A DNA stretch of 64,000 nt from Candidatus Egerieisoma sp. (GTDB lineage: Bacteria > Bacillota > Clostridia > UBA1212 > UBA1255). Under the pieces are notes generated by a model, which had not been told where the DNA came from, did not search any database, and saw only the letters and a list, made by a program, of their open reading frames with translations. The position numbers and the translations under genes were made by a program. The stretch spans positions 43,879 through 107,878 of the forward strand of contig JBGVNN010000010.1 of NCBI GenBank assembly GCA_045125595.1. The letters run 5' to 3'. The first letter of the stretch is position 1; every line of letters begins with the position of its first letter. Shown piece by piece: positions 42,543-52,305 of the stretch.

Positions 42543-43433
42543 ATGAAAAACAATTTATTTAAAAAATTAGCTATTACAATTTGTACTATCGGAATGGTTG
42601 CACTATTATTCGGTTGCAGTGCAAACGAAAGTTTGTCAATCGACAACTTCACCGGAGAAGATTACAGTCAAAATTCTTCTGCAGAAATCGGAAGCACTTC
42701 CAATATCATAGAAGAGATAAGCAACGAGCGAAAAATCATCGAAACAGTCGAGCTTGGTGTGCAGACAACAAAATTCGAAGAATTACTTGAAAATACCAAA
42801 AATAAAATCAAAGAGCTTAACGGATATGTTGAGAGCAGCAATATTTCCGGCAGAGAAATAGGCACTTACAACAACAGATGGGCAGAAATGAAAGTAAAAA
42901 TACCGGCAAAAAACAGCGAGTATTTTAAAGGATTTATTTCCGAAAGCAGTGTTATAATCAGAGAATCCGTTACAACAGAGGACATCACATTAAAATATGT
43001 AGACATAGAAAGTCGTATACTTGCACTGCGTTCCGAACAAGCTTCACTTGAAAAGTTGCTCGAAAACGCCAAAAGTACCTCTGACATAGTAACCATACGC
43101 CAGCAACTGACAGATGTTATATACAAAATTGAATCTTATGAATCACAGCTCAGAACTTTTGATAATCTGGTAGATTATTGCACAATTACTCTGTATATAG
43201 ATGAAGTTGAGCGTACTACCATTGTTGAAGATCAAAGCACATGGGAAGAAATAGGCACAAATTTATCAAGGAATTTTGAAAAAGTATGGGACGGCATAGT
43301 TGCTTTGTTTATCTTCTTTGTAAGTATCATACCTTATATGATTCCTTTTGCAATTATAGGAATTATAGTTCTTGTGATTATTAGACTTTGTACTAAATCG
43401 CGTAACAAAAAATCCAACAAACATAACCCATAA
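42543..43433 (+). CDS. DUF4349-like lipoprotein with C-terminal TM anchor
   Basis: Lipobox LLFGCS, coiled-coil middle, C-terminal hydrophobic helix. Confidence 0.6.
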   Translation: MKNNLFKKLAITICTIGMVALLFGCSANESLSIDNFTGEDYSQNSSAEIGSTSNIIEEISNERKIIETVELGVQTTKFEELLENTKNKIKELNGYVESSNISGREIGTYNNRWAEMKVKIPAKNSEYFKGFISESSVIIRESVTTEDITLKYVDIESRILALRSEQASLEKLLENAKSTSDIVTIRQQLTDVIYKIESYESQLRTFDNLVDYCTITLYIDEVERTTIVEDQSTWEEIGTNLSRNFEKVWDGIVALFIFFVSIIPYMIPFAIIGIIVLVIIRLCTKSRNKKSNKHNP

Positions 43434-43441
43434 CAAAAAGA

Positions 43442-43480
43442 AACAAGGATGTTTCAAAGTGCATCCTTGTTTCTCTTTCT
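43442..43480. terminator. bidirectional rho-independent terminator between convergent genes
   Basis: Perfect 10-bp inverted repeat aacaaggatg / catccttgtt with 10-nt loop; T-rich on plus side, A-rich on minus side. Confidence 0.75.
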
Positions 43481-43491
43481 TTTATTATATT

Positions 43492-45513
43492 TTATTTCAA
43501 TTCAGCTTTGCCTGTATACAGACTGTAATATCTACCCTTTTGCTCAAGCAAATCATCATGGTCTCCGCGTTCGATTATTACTCCGTTTTCAAGCACCATT
43601 ATTGCATTTGAGTTACGAACAGTAGACAAACGATGTGCAATTACAAAAGTGGTTCTGCCCTGCATAAGCTTATCCATACCGTCCTCAATTAAGTGCTCTG
43701 TTCTCGTATCGACAGACGATGTGGCTTCATCAAGAATAATAACCGGCGGATCTGCAACGGCAGCACGCGCAATAGACAAGAGCTGTCTCTGACCCTGCGA
43801 CAAATTCATACCATCAGCAGTAAGCATCGTATCATATCCGTCAGGCAGTTTCTTAATAAAAGAATGTGCATTTGCAATTTTTGCCGCACGCACTATTTCA
43901 TCATCAGTAGCATTTAACTTGCCGTAACGAATATTATCACGAATCGTGCCTTTAAAAAGATGAACATCTTGCAAAACAATGCCGAGCGTACGCCTCAAAT
44001 CATCTTTGCTTATTTCTTTTATGTCAATACCGTCATATGTTATTTTACCTTCTTGTATTTCATAAAATCTATTTATCAAGTTTGTTATCGTTGTTTTACC
44101 TGCACCCGTCGAGCCTACAAAAGCAATCTTTTGTCCCGGTTTTGCATACAATGAAACATCTTTAAGGATAACATGCTCAGGCACATACGAAAATACAACA
44201 TTTTCAAATCTTATATCACCTTTAAGCTCAACGAGTTCCTCTCCCGATTTTCCCTTTGCCGGCTTTTTCCACGCCAAGCACAATGCATTGTCTTCATTAA
44301 ATGTCTTCGCAAAATTCTCAAACGGATCTCCTTCAACTTCACGAAGTTTTCCATCTGACTTTTCTGCAAGCACAAGCCTTACATCTCCGCAATTTTCCTC
44401 AGTTTTCTCTTCGATAATATCAAAAATACGCTCAGCGCCTGCAAGTGCCGACAACAGCATATTTGTCTGATTCGAAATCTGCGTAATAGGTTGCGAAAAT
44501 TGTCTCGTATATTGCAAAAATGAGCCCAAATCACCAAGAGATATAACGAACATTCCGCTCCAACCAAAAGGATTTGCAATCATTATCGCGCCCAAAGTCG
44601 CCGTTACAGCATAGTGAAAATACGACAAATTTCCCATTATAGGCATCAAAATATTTGCAAAAGTCTGGGCTCTCGTTGCCGCTCCCTTTAGATTGTTATT
44701 TTTCTCTGCAAACTCTTTTATCGCCGCATTCTCGTGGTTAAACACTTTAACAACTTTTTGACCTTGCAGCATTTCTTCTATATAACCGTCAAGGTCTCCC
44801 AATGCCGCTTGCTGGCTACGGAAATTTTTCGCACTCTTACCGCCTACTGTTTTTACTATAAACATCATAAGGATTACCATTATTACTGCAACAAAAGCAA
44901 GTACGGGACTGAGTACGACCATCATTATAAATGTACCGACAACCGAAATAAGCGATGTAATTGTCTGCGACAAGCTTTGCTCCAATGCCATTGCAACGCT
45001 ATCCATATCATTCGTAAAGCGACTCATTACCTCTCCGTGAGGATGTTTATCAAAATAGCTTACCGGCAAATCCTGTAAATGTTCAAAGAGCTCTTTACGC
45101 ATTTTATTAGCTGTCTTTTGTGCAACGGAAACCATAAGTCTGCTCGAAAGGTATGTTCCGAAGGCACCGCATACATATACTACAGCCATTTTAAATATAT
45201 CAACCATCAAATCCGCGAAAACCTTATTGCGTGCAGCTTCGCTTGTGAGACCGCTGTCGATATATTCTTTAAGATTTGTCGTTAAGTTGTTAATAATAGG
45301 TTTCAACAAGTATGTTGCCAGTACTCCGGCAAGTGCGCTCATTATTACCATAACGAGTGCCAATATCAAAACAGGTGTATTTCCCGATAAATACGAGAAC
45401 ATTCTTGCTAAAGTTTTAACCGGGTTTTTAGGTTTACGGAAACCGTGTCTGCCCGGACCGCCTCCCGGTCCGTGACCGGGGCCTTGGTTTATTTTTTTAG
45501 GCTCATTACTCAT
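43492..45513 (-). CDS. ABC transporter permease/ATP-binding protein (type I exporter half-transporter)
   Basis: 673 aa, 6 TM segments plus Walker A GSTGAGKTT, signature LSQGQRQLLSIARA, Walker B ILDEATS. Confidence 0.85.
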   Translation of the reverse strand: MSNEPKKINQGPGHGPGGGPGRHGFRKPKNPVKTLARMFSYLSGNTPVLILALVMVIMSALAGVLATYLLKPIINNLTTNLKEYIDSGLTSEAARNKVFADLMVDIFKMAVVYVCGAFGTYLSSRLMVSVAQKTANKMRKELFEHLQDLPVSYFDKHPHGEVMSRFTNDMDSVAMALEQSLSQTITSLISVVGTFIMMVVLSPVLAFVAVIMVILMMFIVKTVGGKSAKNFRSQQAALGDLDGYIEEMLQGQKVVKVFNHENAAIKEFAEKNNNLKGAATRAQTFANILMPIMGNLSYFHYAVTATLGAIMIANPFGWSGMFVISLGDLGSFLQYTRQFSQPITQISNQTNMLLSALAGAERIFDIIEEKTEENCGDVRLVLAEKSDGKLREVEGDPFENFAKTFNEDNALCLAWKKPAKGKSGEELVELKGDIRFENVVFSYVPEHVILKDVSLYAKPGQKIAFVGSTGAGKTTITNLINRFYEIQEGKITYDGIDIKEISKDDLRRTLGIVLQDVHLFKGTIRDNIRYGKLNATDDEIVRAAKIANAHSFIKKLPDGYDTMLTADGMNLSQGQRQLLSIARAAVADPPVIILDEATSSVDTRTEHLIEDGMDKLMQGRTTFVIAHRLSTVRNSNAIMVLENGVIIERGDHDDLLEQKGRYYSLYTGKAELK

Positions 45514-47282
45514 TCGGAAATCACTCCTTCCTGTTGTGATGTGTATACTTCTTTATAAATCTCGCAAGTTTGCAAAAGTTCTTCGTGTGTGCCGACTGCG
45601 TTTATCTTGCCGTCATCCAACACTACAATCCTGTCAGCGTGTGAAATTGAATTAATACGCTGTGCTATTATAATTGTTGTAATGCCTTTGAGTTCTTTGG
45701 CAAAAGCCTCTCGTATCTTGGCATCCGTTGCGGTATCGACTGCGCTCGTGGAGTCATCAAGTATAATAATTTTCGGTTTTTTAAGAAGTGCCCTTGCGAT
45801 ACAAAGTCTCTGTTTTTGTCCTCCCGAGAAGTTTGCTCCGCCTTGGCTTACTTCGCTGTCAAGTGCCCCGGGCTTTTTACTTATAAAGTCCCATGCCTGT
45901 GCCTGCTTGCAAGCTTCAATTATTTCTTCATCTGTGGCGTCGGGATTACCCCATTTCATGTTATCTCTGACTGTACCTGAGAAAAGTGTATTTTTTTGAA
46001 GCACCATGGCGACCGCATCATGCAGCGGCTCCAGACCGTATTTCCGTACATTATGACCGCCGACTTTTACTTCACCGCCTGTAGTGTCATAAAGTCTGGG
46101 TATAAGCTGTACCAATGTTGTTTTCGCCGAGCCCGTCGACCCTATAATACCTATTGTCTCGCCTGCATTTATGTGCAAGTTTATATTGCTGAGCACATCT
46201 TCTATATTTCCGCTTTTATAACGGAAAGACGCATTCACAAAGTCTACTGAGCCGTCCGTAACTTCTGTAATCGGCTGCTCGGGATCTTTAATATCCACTT
46301 CGGTATCGAGCACTTCCAATACGCGCTGGCCTGAGGCTCTTGCTCTTGTAAATTGCAAAAAGAGCATAGAAAGCATCATGAGCGACATCAAAATTTGACT
46401 TACATATGTAATAAAACTGAGCAAGTCACCGGGTTCGAGTCCTACATCTTTCGCAATATTTCCAAGAGTGGTATCAACGACAATTCTTCCTCCGAAGAAC
46501 ACAATAGCGAGTATGCAAGTATACATTATGAGTTGCATTATAGGCATATTCATAATTACAATTTTTATTGCATTTATACCTGTATCAGTTAATTTATCGT
46601 TTGCTTTTTTGAATTTTTCTTTTTCTTGTTTTTCGCGTACAAATGATTTAACTACTCTGATATTCGTTAAGTTTTCTTGTACCGATGTATTGAGGTCATC
46701 TATTCTTTCATGAAATGCCATGAATCTGGGATGAACTGTTTTCATTATTAATATAATTGCTGTTGCCAAAATCGGTATTGCTACAATAAAAACCAGCGCT
46801 AATTGTTTATGTATAGAAAGTGCCATAATAAGTGCAAAAATCAACATAAAAGGAGAACGCACAAGCATTCTTAAGCACATCATTCCTGTTTGTTGCAAAT
46901 TATTAACGTCTGTTGTCATTCTTGTTATCAATGACGGCACGCTGAAATAATCTATATTTGAAAACGAAAATGTTTGTATTTTAGTAAACAAGTCATCTCT
47001 TAACTCTGCACCTGCGCCCATTGATGCTTTTGATGCCAGATAACTGCTGAAAGCTCCGCAAAACATCGCTGCGAGGGCAACAAGTACCATAAGACCTCCT
47101 GTCTTCAAAATATAATAAATATCTGTGTTTGTGAATACCCTATCTACTGATACTTTGTTTACTATCTTTGCCATAAACATCGGCATCGCTACATCGCCCA
47201 ATACTTCCAAAAGCATTAAAATCGGACAAAGTATCGCATAAATCTTATAATTTTTAAAATAAGACAACAATCTTTTTATCAT
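45510..47282 (-). CDS. ABC transporter permease/ATP-binding protein (partner half-transporter)
   Basis: 590 aa, Walker A GSTGSAKTT, signature FSGGQKQRLCIARA; 4-nt overlap with downstream partner. Confidence 0.85.
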   Translation of the reverse strand: MIKRLLSYFKNYKIYAILCPILMLLEVLGDVAMPMFMAKIVNKVSVDRVFTNTDIYYILKTGGLMVLVALAAMFCGAFSSYLASKASMGAGAELRDDLFTKIQTFSFSNIDYFSVPSLITRMTTDVNNLQQTGMMCLRMLVRSPFMLIFALIMALSIHKQLALVFIVAIPILATAIILIMKTVHPRFMAFHERIDDLNTSVQENLTNIRVVKSFVREKQEKEKFKKANDKLTDTGINAIKIVIMNMPIMQLIMYTCILAIVFFGGRIVVDTTLGNIAKDVGLEPGDLLSFITYVSQILMSLMMLSMLFLQFTRARASGQRVLEVLDTEVDIKDPEQPITEVTDGSVDFVNASFRYKSGNIEDVLSNINLHINAGETIGIIGSTGSAKTTLVQLIPRLYDTTGGEVKVGGHNVRKYGLEPLHDAVAMVLQKNTLFSGTVRDNMKWGNPDATDEEIIEACKQAQAWDFISKKPGALDSEVSQGGANFSGGQKQRLCIARALLKKPKIIILDDSTSAVDTATDAKIREAFAKELKGITTIIIAQRINSISHADRIVVLDDGKINAVGTHEELLQTCEIYKEVYTSQQEGVISE

Positions 47283-47771
47283 AATTCTATTCCTTTCTTT
47301 ATTTCGTCAACATTTGCTTGTATTCTATCCAAATAGGCAAACAGTTGCTTTGTTTCTTTATCTGAAAATCCTTTTAGCATCGCTTTGTCTATCTCCATTG
47401 TCTTGCCAAATGTATCTTCATGTATATTTCTGCCTTTTTCTGTAAGCTTGATTTTGTTTTTGCGCGTATCTTCTTCTAAAGAAATTCTTTGTATAAGTCC
47501 GGCCTTTTCTAACCTTTTAAGCGTAGCCGACATCGCTGCTGCCGATGTGTTCATAGCTTCTGCCAATTCTTTTTGCGTTGGTTCGTCCATTCTGTCAATC
47601 ATACCCAACACAGGAGGCTGTGTATAATGCAATTTATAATCCTCCAGCATTTCTGTTATCGCAATCATTCTGCTATGTTTTATATTACGGATTTTCCAAA
47701 AAAATGCCGCCCCACTGTTATCCTTCGCAAATGCAGGCATCTTTGATTCATCAAATTTTATATTTTTTGCC
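47279..47771 (-). CDS. MarR-family transcriptional regulator (start at MAKNIKFDE; the longer ORF-track N-terminus runs into the tandem repeat and promoter)
   Basis: wHTH region ...TQKELAEAMNTSAAAMSATLKRLEKAGLIQRISLEEDTRKNKIKLTEKG...; overlaps the ABC gene start. Confidence 0.8.
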
Positions 47772-47807
47772 ATACGATGTGCACCTTTCTTGTTTAATGC
47801 CTTGTGA

Positions 47808-47839
47808 AGTATAATGCTAAACCGATTAATTGTCAATCG
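47808..47839 (-). promoter_or_regulatory. sigmaA promoter for the marR-ABC operon (-35 TTGACA 47831-47836, -10 TATACT 47808-47813, 17-nt spacer) overlapped by the pseudo-palindrome CGATTAATTGTCAATCG (47823-47839), a candidate MarR operator
   Basis: Read directly on the minus strand: cgaTTGACAattaatcggtttagcatTATACTtc. Confidence 0.5.
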
Positions 47840-47848
47840 ATTAACTAT

Positions 47849-48120
47849 TTTTTCGTACTTTTTTATAGCCTTTTGGGACGAAATTCTCACCCCGACACCT
47901 CGCTATCACGTTCAAATCATATTTTTCGTACTTTTTCATAGGCTTTTGGGACGAAATTCTCACCCCGGCACCTCGCTATCACGTTCAAATCATAATTTTC
48001 GTACTTTTTCATGGCCTTTTGGGACGAAATTCTCACCCCGATACCTCGCTATCACGTTCAAATCATATTTTTCGTGCATTTTCATGGCCTTTTGGGACGA
48101 AATTCTCACCCCAATACCTC
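47849..48120. repeat. tandem direct repeat, 73-bp unit, about 3.7 copies, about 93 percent identity
   Basis: Unit ttttcgtactttttcatggccttttgggacgaaattctcaccccgatacctcgctatcacgttcaaatcata begins at 47849, 47922, 47995 and 48068 (truncated). Confidence 0.9.
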
Positions 48121-48130
48121 TCGCACCTGT

Positions 48131-48159
48131 AACAGCAAGGCGACCTTCTTCATAATATA
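48131..48159 (+). promoter_or_regulatory. candidate sigmaK-type promoter for spoVFA: -35 AC (48132-48133), -10 CATAATATA (48151-48159)
   Basis: gtAACAgcaaggcgaccttcttCATAataTA matches AC-N16/17-CATANNNTA. Confidence 0.35.
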
Positions 48160-48201
48160 TAAATGTATTGTTAATACATGGTATTAAGGAAGGCAAAACA
48201 T

Positions 48202-49074
48202 ATGAAGCAATACAGAATTACTGTTTTAGGCGGAGATATGAGAAATGTTAAGCTCAGCGAGCTTTTAGCTAAAGACGGGCACAACGTACACACGTTTGCA
48301 TTGGATAATACGGGTAATATTGCGCAAAGATGCTCTGAACTCAGCGAAGCATTTGCAATTTCTGATATAATCGTAGGCCCCATACCTTTTTCAGTCGGCA
48401 ACGGAATATATTTAAATGCTCCCTTTCACCCTGAAAAGATAGAGATTTCAAAAATTGCCGAGGCAGCCTACGAGACACAAAAGTATAGCACAAAATTGTT
48501 GATAGGCGGAAATATTCCGGCACAACTTAAAAGCGAAGTAACAAATTGTGAGGATTTGCTAAAAAGAGACGATTTGGCAATATTAAATTCTGTACCAACA
48601 GCCGAAGGTGCCCTGCAAATCGCAATGGAAGAGCTTCCCTACACGATTCGCGGCACAAAAGTGTTGGTTTGCGGAAACGGGCGCGTCGGCTCCACTTTGG
48701 CACATTTATTGAGAAATGTAGGTGCGGAAGTTACTGTAGCCGCCAGAAAAAGCCGCGATTTTGCACTTTGTGAAGCAGAAGGGCTTAATTATTGTTCATA
48801 TGATGACATTTATGATGTACTGTCTGATACGACGCTTATTTACAACACGGTACCGGCTAAAATATTTGACATAAAATTGCTTGATGCGGTAAGACGTGAT
48901 GCCTTGATTATCGACCTTGCTTCAATGCCGGGCGGAATAGATTTTGACTATGCCAATGCTAATCATATAAGAACAATACATGCGCTCTCTTTGCCGGGAA
49001 AAGTTGCCCCGGTAGGTGCCGCACTCATTATACAAAAGGTTGTTTACAATATACTGAGCGAAAAGAATATCTGA
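48202..49074 (+). CDS. spoVFA: dipicolinate synthase subunit A (start at MKQYRITVLGGD)
   Basis: Rossmann fold GNGRVGSTLAHLLRNVGAEVTV, DpaA-like overall sequence, followed by dpaB. Confidence 0.85.
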   Translation: MKQYRITVLGGDMRNVKLSELLAKDGHNVHTFALDNTGNIAQRCSELSEAFAISDIIVGPIPFSVGNGIYLNAPFHPEKIEISKIAEAAYETQKYSTKLLIGGNIPAQLKSEVTNCEDLLKRDDLAILNSVPTAEGALQIAMEELPYTIRGTKVLVCGNGRVGSTLAHLLRNVGAEVTVAARKSRDFALCEAEGLNYCSYDDIYDVLSDTTLIYNTVPAKIFDIKLLDAVRRDALIIDLASMPGGIDFDYANANHIRTIHALSLPGKVAPVGAALIIQKVVYNILSEKNI

Positions 49075-49098
49075 ATTTTATTTAAAGGAGTTGGTAAA

Positions 49099-49683
49099 AT
49101 GTTTGAATGCTTCGATGGACTGCGCGTCGGTCTGGCTGTGACCGGCTCTTTCTGCACCCATAGGAACATTGCTGCCGTTGCTGACAATCTTGTGAAGCGC
49201 GGCGCTATTGTTTATCCCATATTATCATATGCCGTCTCGGAAACTTCAACGAGATTTATGGCGAGAGAAGAGCTTTATGAGACTTTGCAGAGAATCACCG
49301 GTCACGAACCGATTTGTACTATAAAAGAGGCTGAACCTATAGGTCCAAAAAAGCTGCTTGATGTTGTAGTCGTCGTTCCTTGTACAGGAAACACCATATC
49401 AAAGCTTGCTAATGCTATCACAGACACGCCTGTGCTTATGGCGTGCAAATCACATTTAAGAAATAACCGTCCTGTTGTCATTGCCGTTTCGACGAACGAT
49501 GGCCTTGCCGGAAATGCTAAAAACATCGGTACCTTGTTAGGTATGAAAAATTATTATTTTGTGCCTTTCAGACAAGACGACAGCGCCAAAAAGCCTTTTT
49601 CATTGGTTGCCGACTTTTCTTTGGTGAATGAAACTGTCGCTTGCGCTCTTGACGGTATACAAATACAGCCCATACTGTTGTAA
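49099..49683 (+). CDS. spoVFB: dipicolinate synthase subunit B (flavoprotein family)
   Basis: 194 aa, GLAVTGSFCTHRNIAAVADNL...VVVVPCTGNTISKLANAITDTPV typical DpaB/HFCD-like flavoprotein. Confidence 0.85.
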   Translation: MFECFDGLRVGLAVTGSFCTHRNIAAVADNLVKRGAIVYPILSYAVSETSTRFMAREELYETLQRITGHEPICTIKEAEPIGPKKLLDVVVVVPCTGNTISKLANAITDTPVLMACKSHLRNNRPVVIAVSTNDGLAGNAKNIGTLLGMKNYYFVPFRQDDSAKKPFSLVADFSLVNETVACALDGIQIQPILL

Positions 49684-49735
49684 GTACGGGCTGCGTCTAA
49701 ATCAAACCATGTTTTTTTGACAATCGGGGTCGGTA

Positions 49736-50476
49736 TTAACGGCCCTGAATTTGTTCATATGCACATTTCATGAAGTATTCAAAAAGTTTGTCGCTGCAAT
49801 CGTGCTGTTCTCTTATAAGCTCGGGATGCCATTGCACCGCAAATACATGCGGACGATCTTTCATATAAATTGCCTCTACTATGCCATCCTCGCCGTATGC
49901 ACCGATTGTAAAACCGGGTGCAATATCTTTTAATGATTGATGATGATATGTATTTACGTAAGTCTTATCAACACCAAAAAGTTCATGGAACAATGTACCT
50001 TTTACTATATCAACATTATGACCACCCTCGGGATAGCCAACCTTTTGACTGTGAACGTGAGCATTTGGCGCAGTGTTTTGTACCGGCAAATCCTGATAAA
50101 GTGTGCCACCGAGAGTAGCATTGATAATTTGTATTCCTCTGCAAACGCCCATTATAGGCTTATTTTGAGCCATTGCCATCCTGACAACAGGTGCTTCGAG
50201 GTGGTCTCTTTCAACAGACCAGTCTACTGTATCGTTGAATTTTTCCTCTCCGTAAAGTGCGGGGTTTACGTCTACACCGCCTACGAAAAGAAATGCGTCG
50301 CACATATCAACCATTTGCTGTATATCTGCTTCATCTTCTACAAAAGTAAAAATCATTGGTATGCCGCCATGCTTAATAATACCGTTTGTATATCCATAGT
50401 TAACTTTTGTCATTTTATTTGTAGGCTCTACCGATGGTAAAATGCCTATGATAGGTTTTCTTTTTGTTTCATTACT
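49736..50476 (-). CDS. class I glutamine amidotransferase-like / peptidase C26 (gamma-glutamyl hydrolase family); start at MSNETKRKP
   Basis: Catalytic MGVCRGIQ Cys, HH motif (NTYHHQS), PuuD-like. Confidence 0.75.
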   Translation of the reverse strand, partial: SNETKRKPIIGILPSVEPTNKMTKVNYGYTNGIIKHGGIPMIFTFVEDEADIQQMVDMCDAFLFVGGVDVNPALYGEEKFNDTVDWSVERDHLEAPVVRMAMAQNKPIMGVCRGIQIINATLGGTLYQDLPVQNTAPNAHVHSQKVGYPEGGHNVDIVKGTLFHELFGVDKTYVNTYHHQSLKDIAPGFTIGAYGEDGIVEAIYMKDRPHVFAVQWHPELIREQHDCSDKLFEYFMKCAYEQIQGR

Positions 50477-50638
50477 CATATAAATCAAGTGCCTTTCTGT
50501 AATTTCTATATATTATTAATATTCATGATTCCTTTTTGAATGATAGCACACGTACATTGAAAAATCAACGAGTTGCAAGTTTAATTTTATTGCCGATAAA
50601 AAATTTTGTGATAAAATACGTATTCGGAGTGATTAATA

Positions 50639-51412
50639 ATGTTTAAAATTATAATTTATATAATAGCCGGCTTGGGCGCCGGTGTAGGTACAGGCCTTGC
50701 AGGATTATCTGCGGCTGCTGTCATATCGCCTATGCTTATAACATTTTGTGGATTTGAAGCTTATGAAGCCGTAGGCATTGCACTTGCCTCAGATGTGTTG
50801 GCTTCGGCCATTTCCGCATACACATACGGTAAGAACAAGAAGCTTGATATCAAAAATGGATTAGTAATGTTAGCGGCAGTATTATTTTTTACCGTAATCG
50901 GAAGCTTCCTGGCATCTTTAATTCCCAACACCGCAATGGGCAATTTCTCTGTGTTTACAACATTTTTTCTTGGAATCAAATTTATTATAAAGCCCGTAAT
51001 GACAGAAAAAAACAAAATCGATACAAAAACAACGCGTGAGAAAGTCACTCAGTCTATACTTTGCGGCGCTGTGATTGGTATGATTTGCGGCTTTATCGGT
51101 GCAGGCGGCGGCATGATGATGCTTTTGATTTTGACTTCTGTGCTTGGATATGAGCTCAAAACAGCTGTGGGCACCAGCGTTTTTATTATGACTTTTACTG
51201 CTCTTACCGGTGCAGTTTCACACTTTGTCATTGACGGAAAGCCTGACTTCGGCGCTCTGCTTGTGTGTGTTATCGCTACTTTTCTCGGTGCAAGAATTGC
51301 CGCTTTGTTTGCAAATAAAGCAACAGCGAAAACTCTTAACCGTGCAACGGGTGTAGTTCTCGCTGTATTAGGTGCTGCAATGATCATTGTAACCATCGTG
51401 CAGAAGTTTTAA
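50639..51412 (+). CDS. TauE/SafE (DUF81) family anion exporter
   Basis: 257 aa, two internal repeats with Gly-rich TM (GLGAGVGTGLAGLSAAAV..., GFIGAGGGMMML). Confidence 0.75.
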   Translation: MFKIIIYIIAGLGAGVGTGLAGLSAAAVISPMLITFCGFEAYEAVGIALASDVLASAISAYTYGKNKKLDIKNGLVMLAAVLFFTVIGSFLASLIPNTAMGNFSVFTTFFLGIKFIIKPVMTEKNKIDTKTTREKVTQSILCGAVIGMICGFIGAGGGMMMLLILTSVLGYELKTAVGTSVFIMTFTALTGAVSHFVIDGKPDFGALLVCVIATFLGARIAALFANKATAKTLNRATGVVLAVLGAAMIIVTIVQKF

Positions 51413-51427
51413 TTTATTTTATCTTAA

Positions 51428-52234
51428 TTAATCAGAATATCCGGGCACGATATATCCTACGCCTTTAAGTATATGTTTAGGGCAATAAGGATAGTCATTA
51501 ATATTTTCACAGTTTGTTACGCCGGAAAGTACGAGCACTGTATCAAGGCCCGTTTCTATACCTGCGATGATATCTGTGTCCATACGATCACCTATCATGA
51601 CTGCATCTTGTGAGTGGACACCCAGTATTTGAAGACCTGTTCTCATCATAAGCGGATTAGGCTTGCCTACATAATACGCAAGCTTTCCTGTAGTCATTTC
51701 TATGGGTGCCACAAGTGCACGGCAAGCGGGCACCATTCCGTGTTCTAACGGAGCATACAAATCTGTATTTGTACCAATGAGTTTAGCGCCGTTGTTAACG
51801 AGTGTAACAGCTTTACAAATGCTGTCATAATTGTAATTACTTGTTTCTCCGATAATAACGTAGTCGGGATCTATATTATTGAGCGCCACGCCCACATCGT
51901 GAAGTGCATTGTACAAACCGGGTTCACCTATAACATAGGCACTGCAACCGGGTTTTTGTGTACTTACAAACTTAGCTGTAGCGAGCGCACTTGTATAAAA
52001 GTGACTCTCGTCTACGTCAAGACCCATGCGTTTCAATCTTAACTGGAGCTCTTTAGGCGTATATCCGCTACCGTTTGTCAAAAAAAGGAATTTTTTATTT
52101 TCTTTATACAGCCAATCGACAAATTCTTTAACACCGGGGAGCAATCTGTTACCATGATAAAGCACACCGTCCATGTCGCATATAAAGCCTTGTTTATTTC
52201 TTATTTTATCCATATTGTATTCTCCTTGTTTCAA
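51428..52234 (-). CDS. HAD-IIA family hydrolase (NagD/YutF-like sugar phosphatase)
   Basis: FICDMDGVLYHG motif I, LTNGS motif II, GDRMDTDI motif IV. Confidence 0.8.
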   Translation of the reverse strand: MKQGEYNMDKIRNKQGFICDMDGVLYHGNRLLPGVKEFVDWLYKENKKFLFLTNGSGYTPKELQLRLKRMGLDVDESHFYTSALATAKFVSTQKPGCSAYVIGEPGLYNALHDVGVALNNIDPDYVIIGETSNYNYDSICKAVTLVNNGAKLIGTNTDLYAPLEHGMVPACRALVAPIEMTTGKLAYYVGKPNPLMMRTGLQILGVHSQDAVMIGDRMDTDIIAGIETGLDTVLVLSGVTNCENINDYPYCPKHILKGVGYIVPGYSD

Positions 52235-52305
52235 AAGAAATTCAACGTGATTAATATAGCATAATAATTGAATTTAAACAAGAATTGACATTTCGGAAAT
52301 TGTAT

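Noticed and set aside
47772-47890. N-terminal 39-aa extension of the MarR ORF (MRISSQKAIKKYEK...)
   Set aside because: The extension runs through the promoter and first repeat unit; MAKNIKFDE is the plausible start.
47849-48120. Possible CRISPR array
   Set aside because: Units are contiguous 73-bp direct repeats with no unique spacers and no cas genes nearby; this is a tandem repeat, not CRISPR.
47814-48155. 113-aa plus-strand ORF, and 47990-48196 minus-strand 68-aa ORF, spanning the tandem repeats
   Set aside because: Their sequence is just the 73-bp repeat translated (FWDEILTP... recurring). They have no RBS and are artefacts of the repeat array.
49666-49693. Hairpin cagcccatac/gtacgggctg overlapping the spoVFB stop as a terminator
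   Set aside because: The U-tract is about 18 nt away and the stem has a mismatch. This is too weak to call a rho-independent terminator, although the convergent arrangement means one must exist nearby.
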